DNA of 64,000 nt, from the sequence record JN849462.1. One strand, 5' to 3'. Of the stretch, positions 63,852 through 64,000 are shown one piece after another (position 1 is the first letter of the stretch; each line of letters begins with the position of its first letter). The notes under the pieces were generated by a model, which saw only the letters and a program-made list of their open reading frames with translations, did no database searches and was not told where the DNA came from. Position numbers and translations under genes: made by a program.

Positions 63852-64000
63852 ATGACTACAATCACATTTACGAGCGACACGCACTTCAGTCACGCTTCTG
63901 TTTCTTCAAATGATCTAGTGACTAAGCTGTTCAAAGAGATTCTTCGTCAGAACAACATTAGCTATCGCAAATTGTACCGCGAGAAACGCACGTCAACGCA
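63852..64000 (+). CDS. calcineurin-like metallophosphoesterase, truncated by the window edge
   Basis: MTTITFTSDTHFSH (DxH motif I). Confidence 0.7.
   Translation, partial: MTTITFTSDTHFSHASVSSNDLVTKLFKEILRQNNISYRKLYREKRTST

Noticed and set aside
1-64000. CRISPR array
   Set aside because: The repeated cassettes are irregularly spaced and flank whole genes; the 9-bp array has no spacers; no cas genes
1-64000. tRNA or rRNA genes
   Set aside because: No cloverleaf with a T-arm GTTCGA/CCA arrangement recognised in any intergenic gap; not confirmed by tRNAscan
1-64000. Recognisable Acb1/Acb2/Tad1/Tad2 anti-defence homologs, integrase or transposase
   Set aside because: No matching motifs spotted by eye; an HMM search would be needed to exclude remote homologs

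Overview
A 64 kb segment of a large lytic T4-like phage genome, most consistent with a KVP40-like Vibrio phage (Schizotequatrovirus-type). T4-like genes present: cd, gp31, gp49, Rnl2, rIIA, rIIB, dda, tk and denV. It also carries NAD-salvage genes (natV, nadR, pnuC) and a 7-deazaguanine cluster (queD, folE, an antisense HNH, a TGT-fold dpdA, queF, queC and a stand-alone class II glutamine amidotransferase). Nearly all genes are on the + strand, and the right half is a dense array of small hypothetical early genes driven by repeated sigma70-type cassettes. Most interesting observations: (1) the DNA-modification cluster with both QueF and a split QueC/GAT pair; (2) a sharp G/C skew inversion across a ~500 bp non-coding gap at 37.3-37.85 kb, a candidate origin; (3) promoter cassettes whose -35 box is also one arm of a terminator hairpin; (4) four genes with T4 internal-protein-like capsid-targeting N-termini, one split by a single-base frameshift; (5) a 6 x 9-bp repeat upstream of an ArdA plus methyltransferase anti-restriction module; (6) a K+ channel coupled to a lipoprotein. 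All calls come from motif recognition by eye; no database searches were run. No tRNA, rRNA or CRISPR array was seen.
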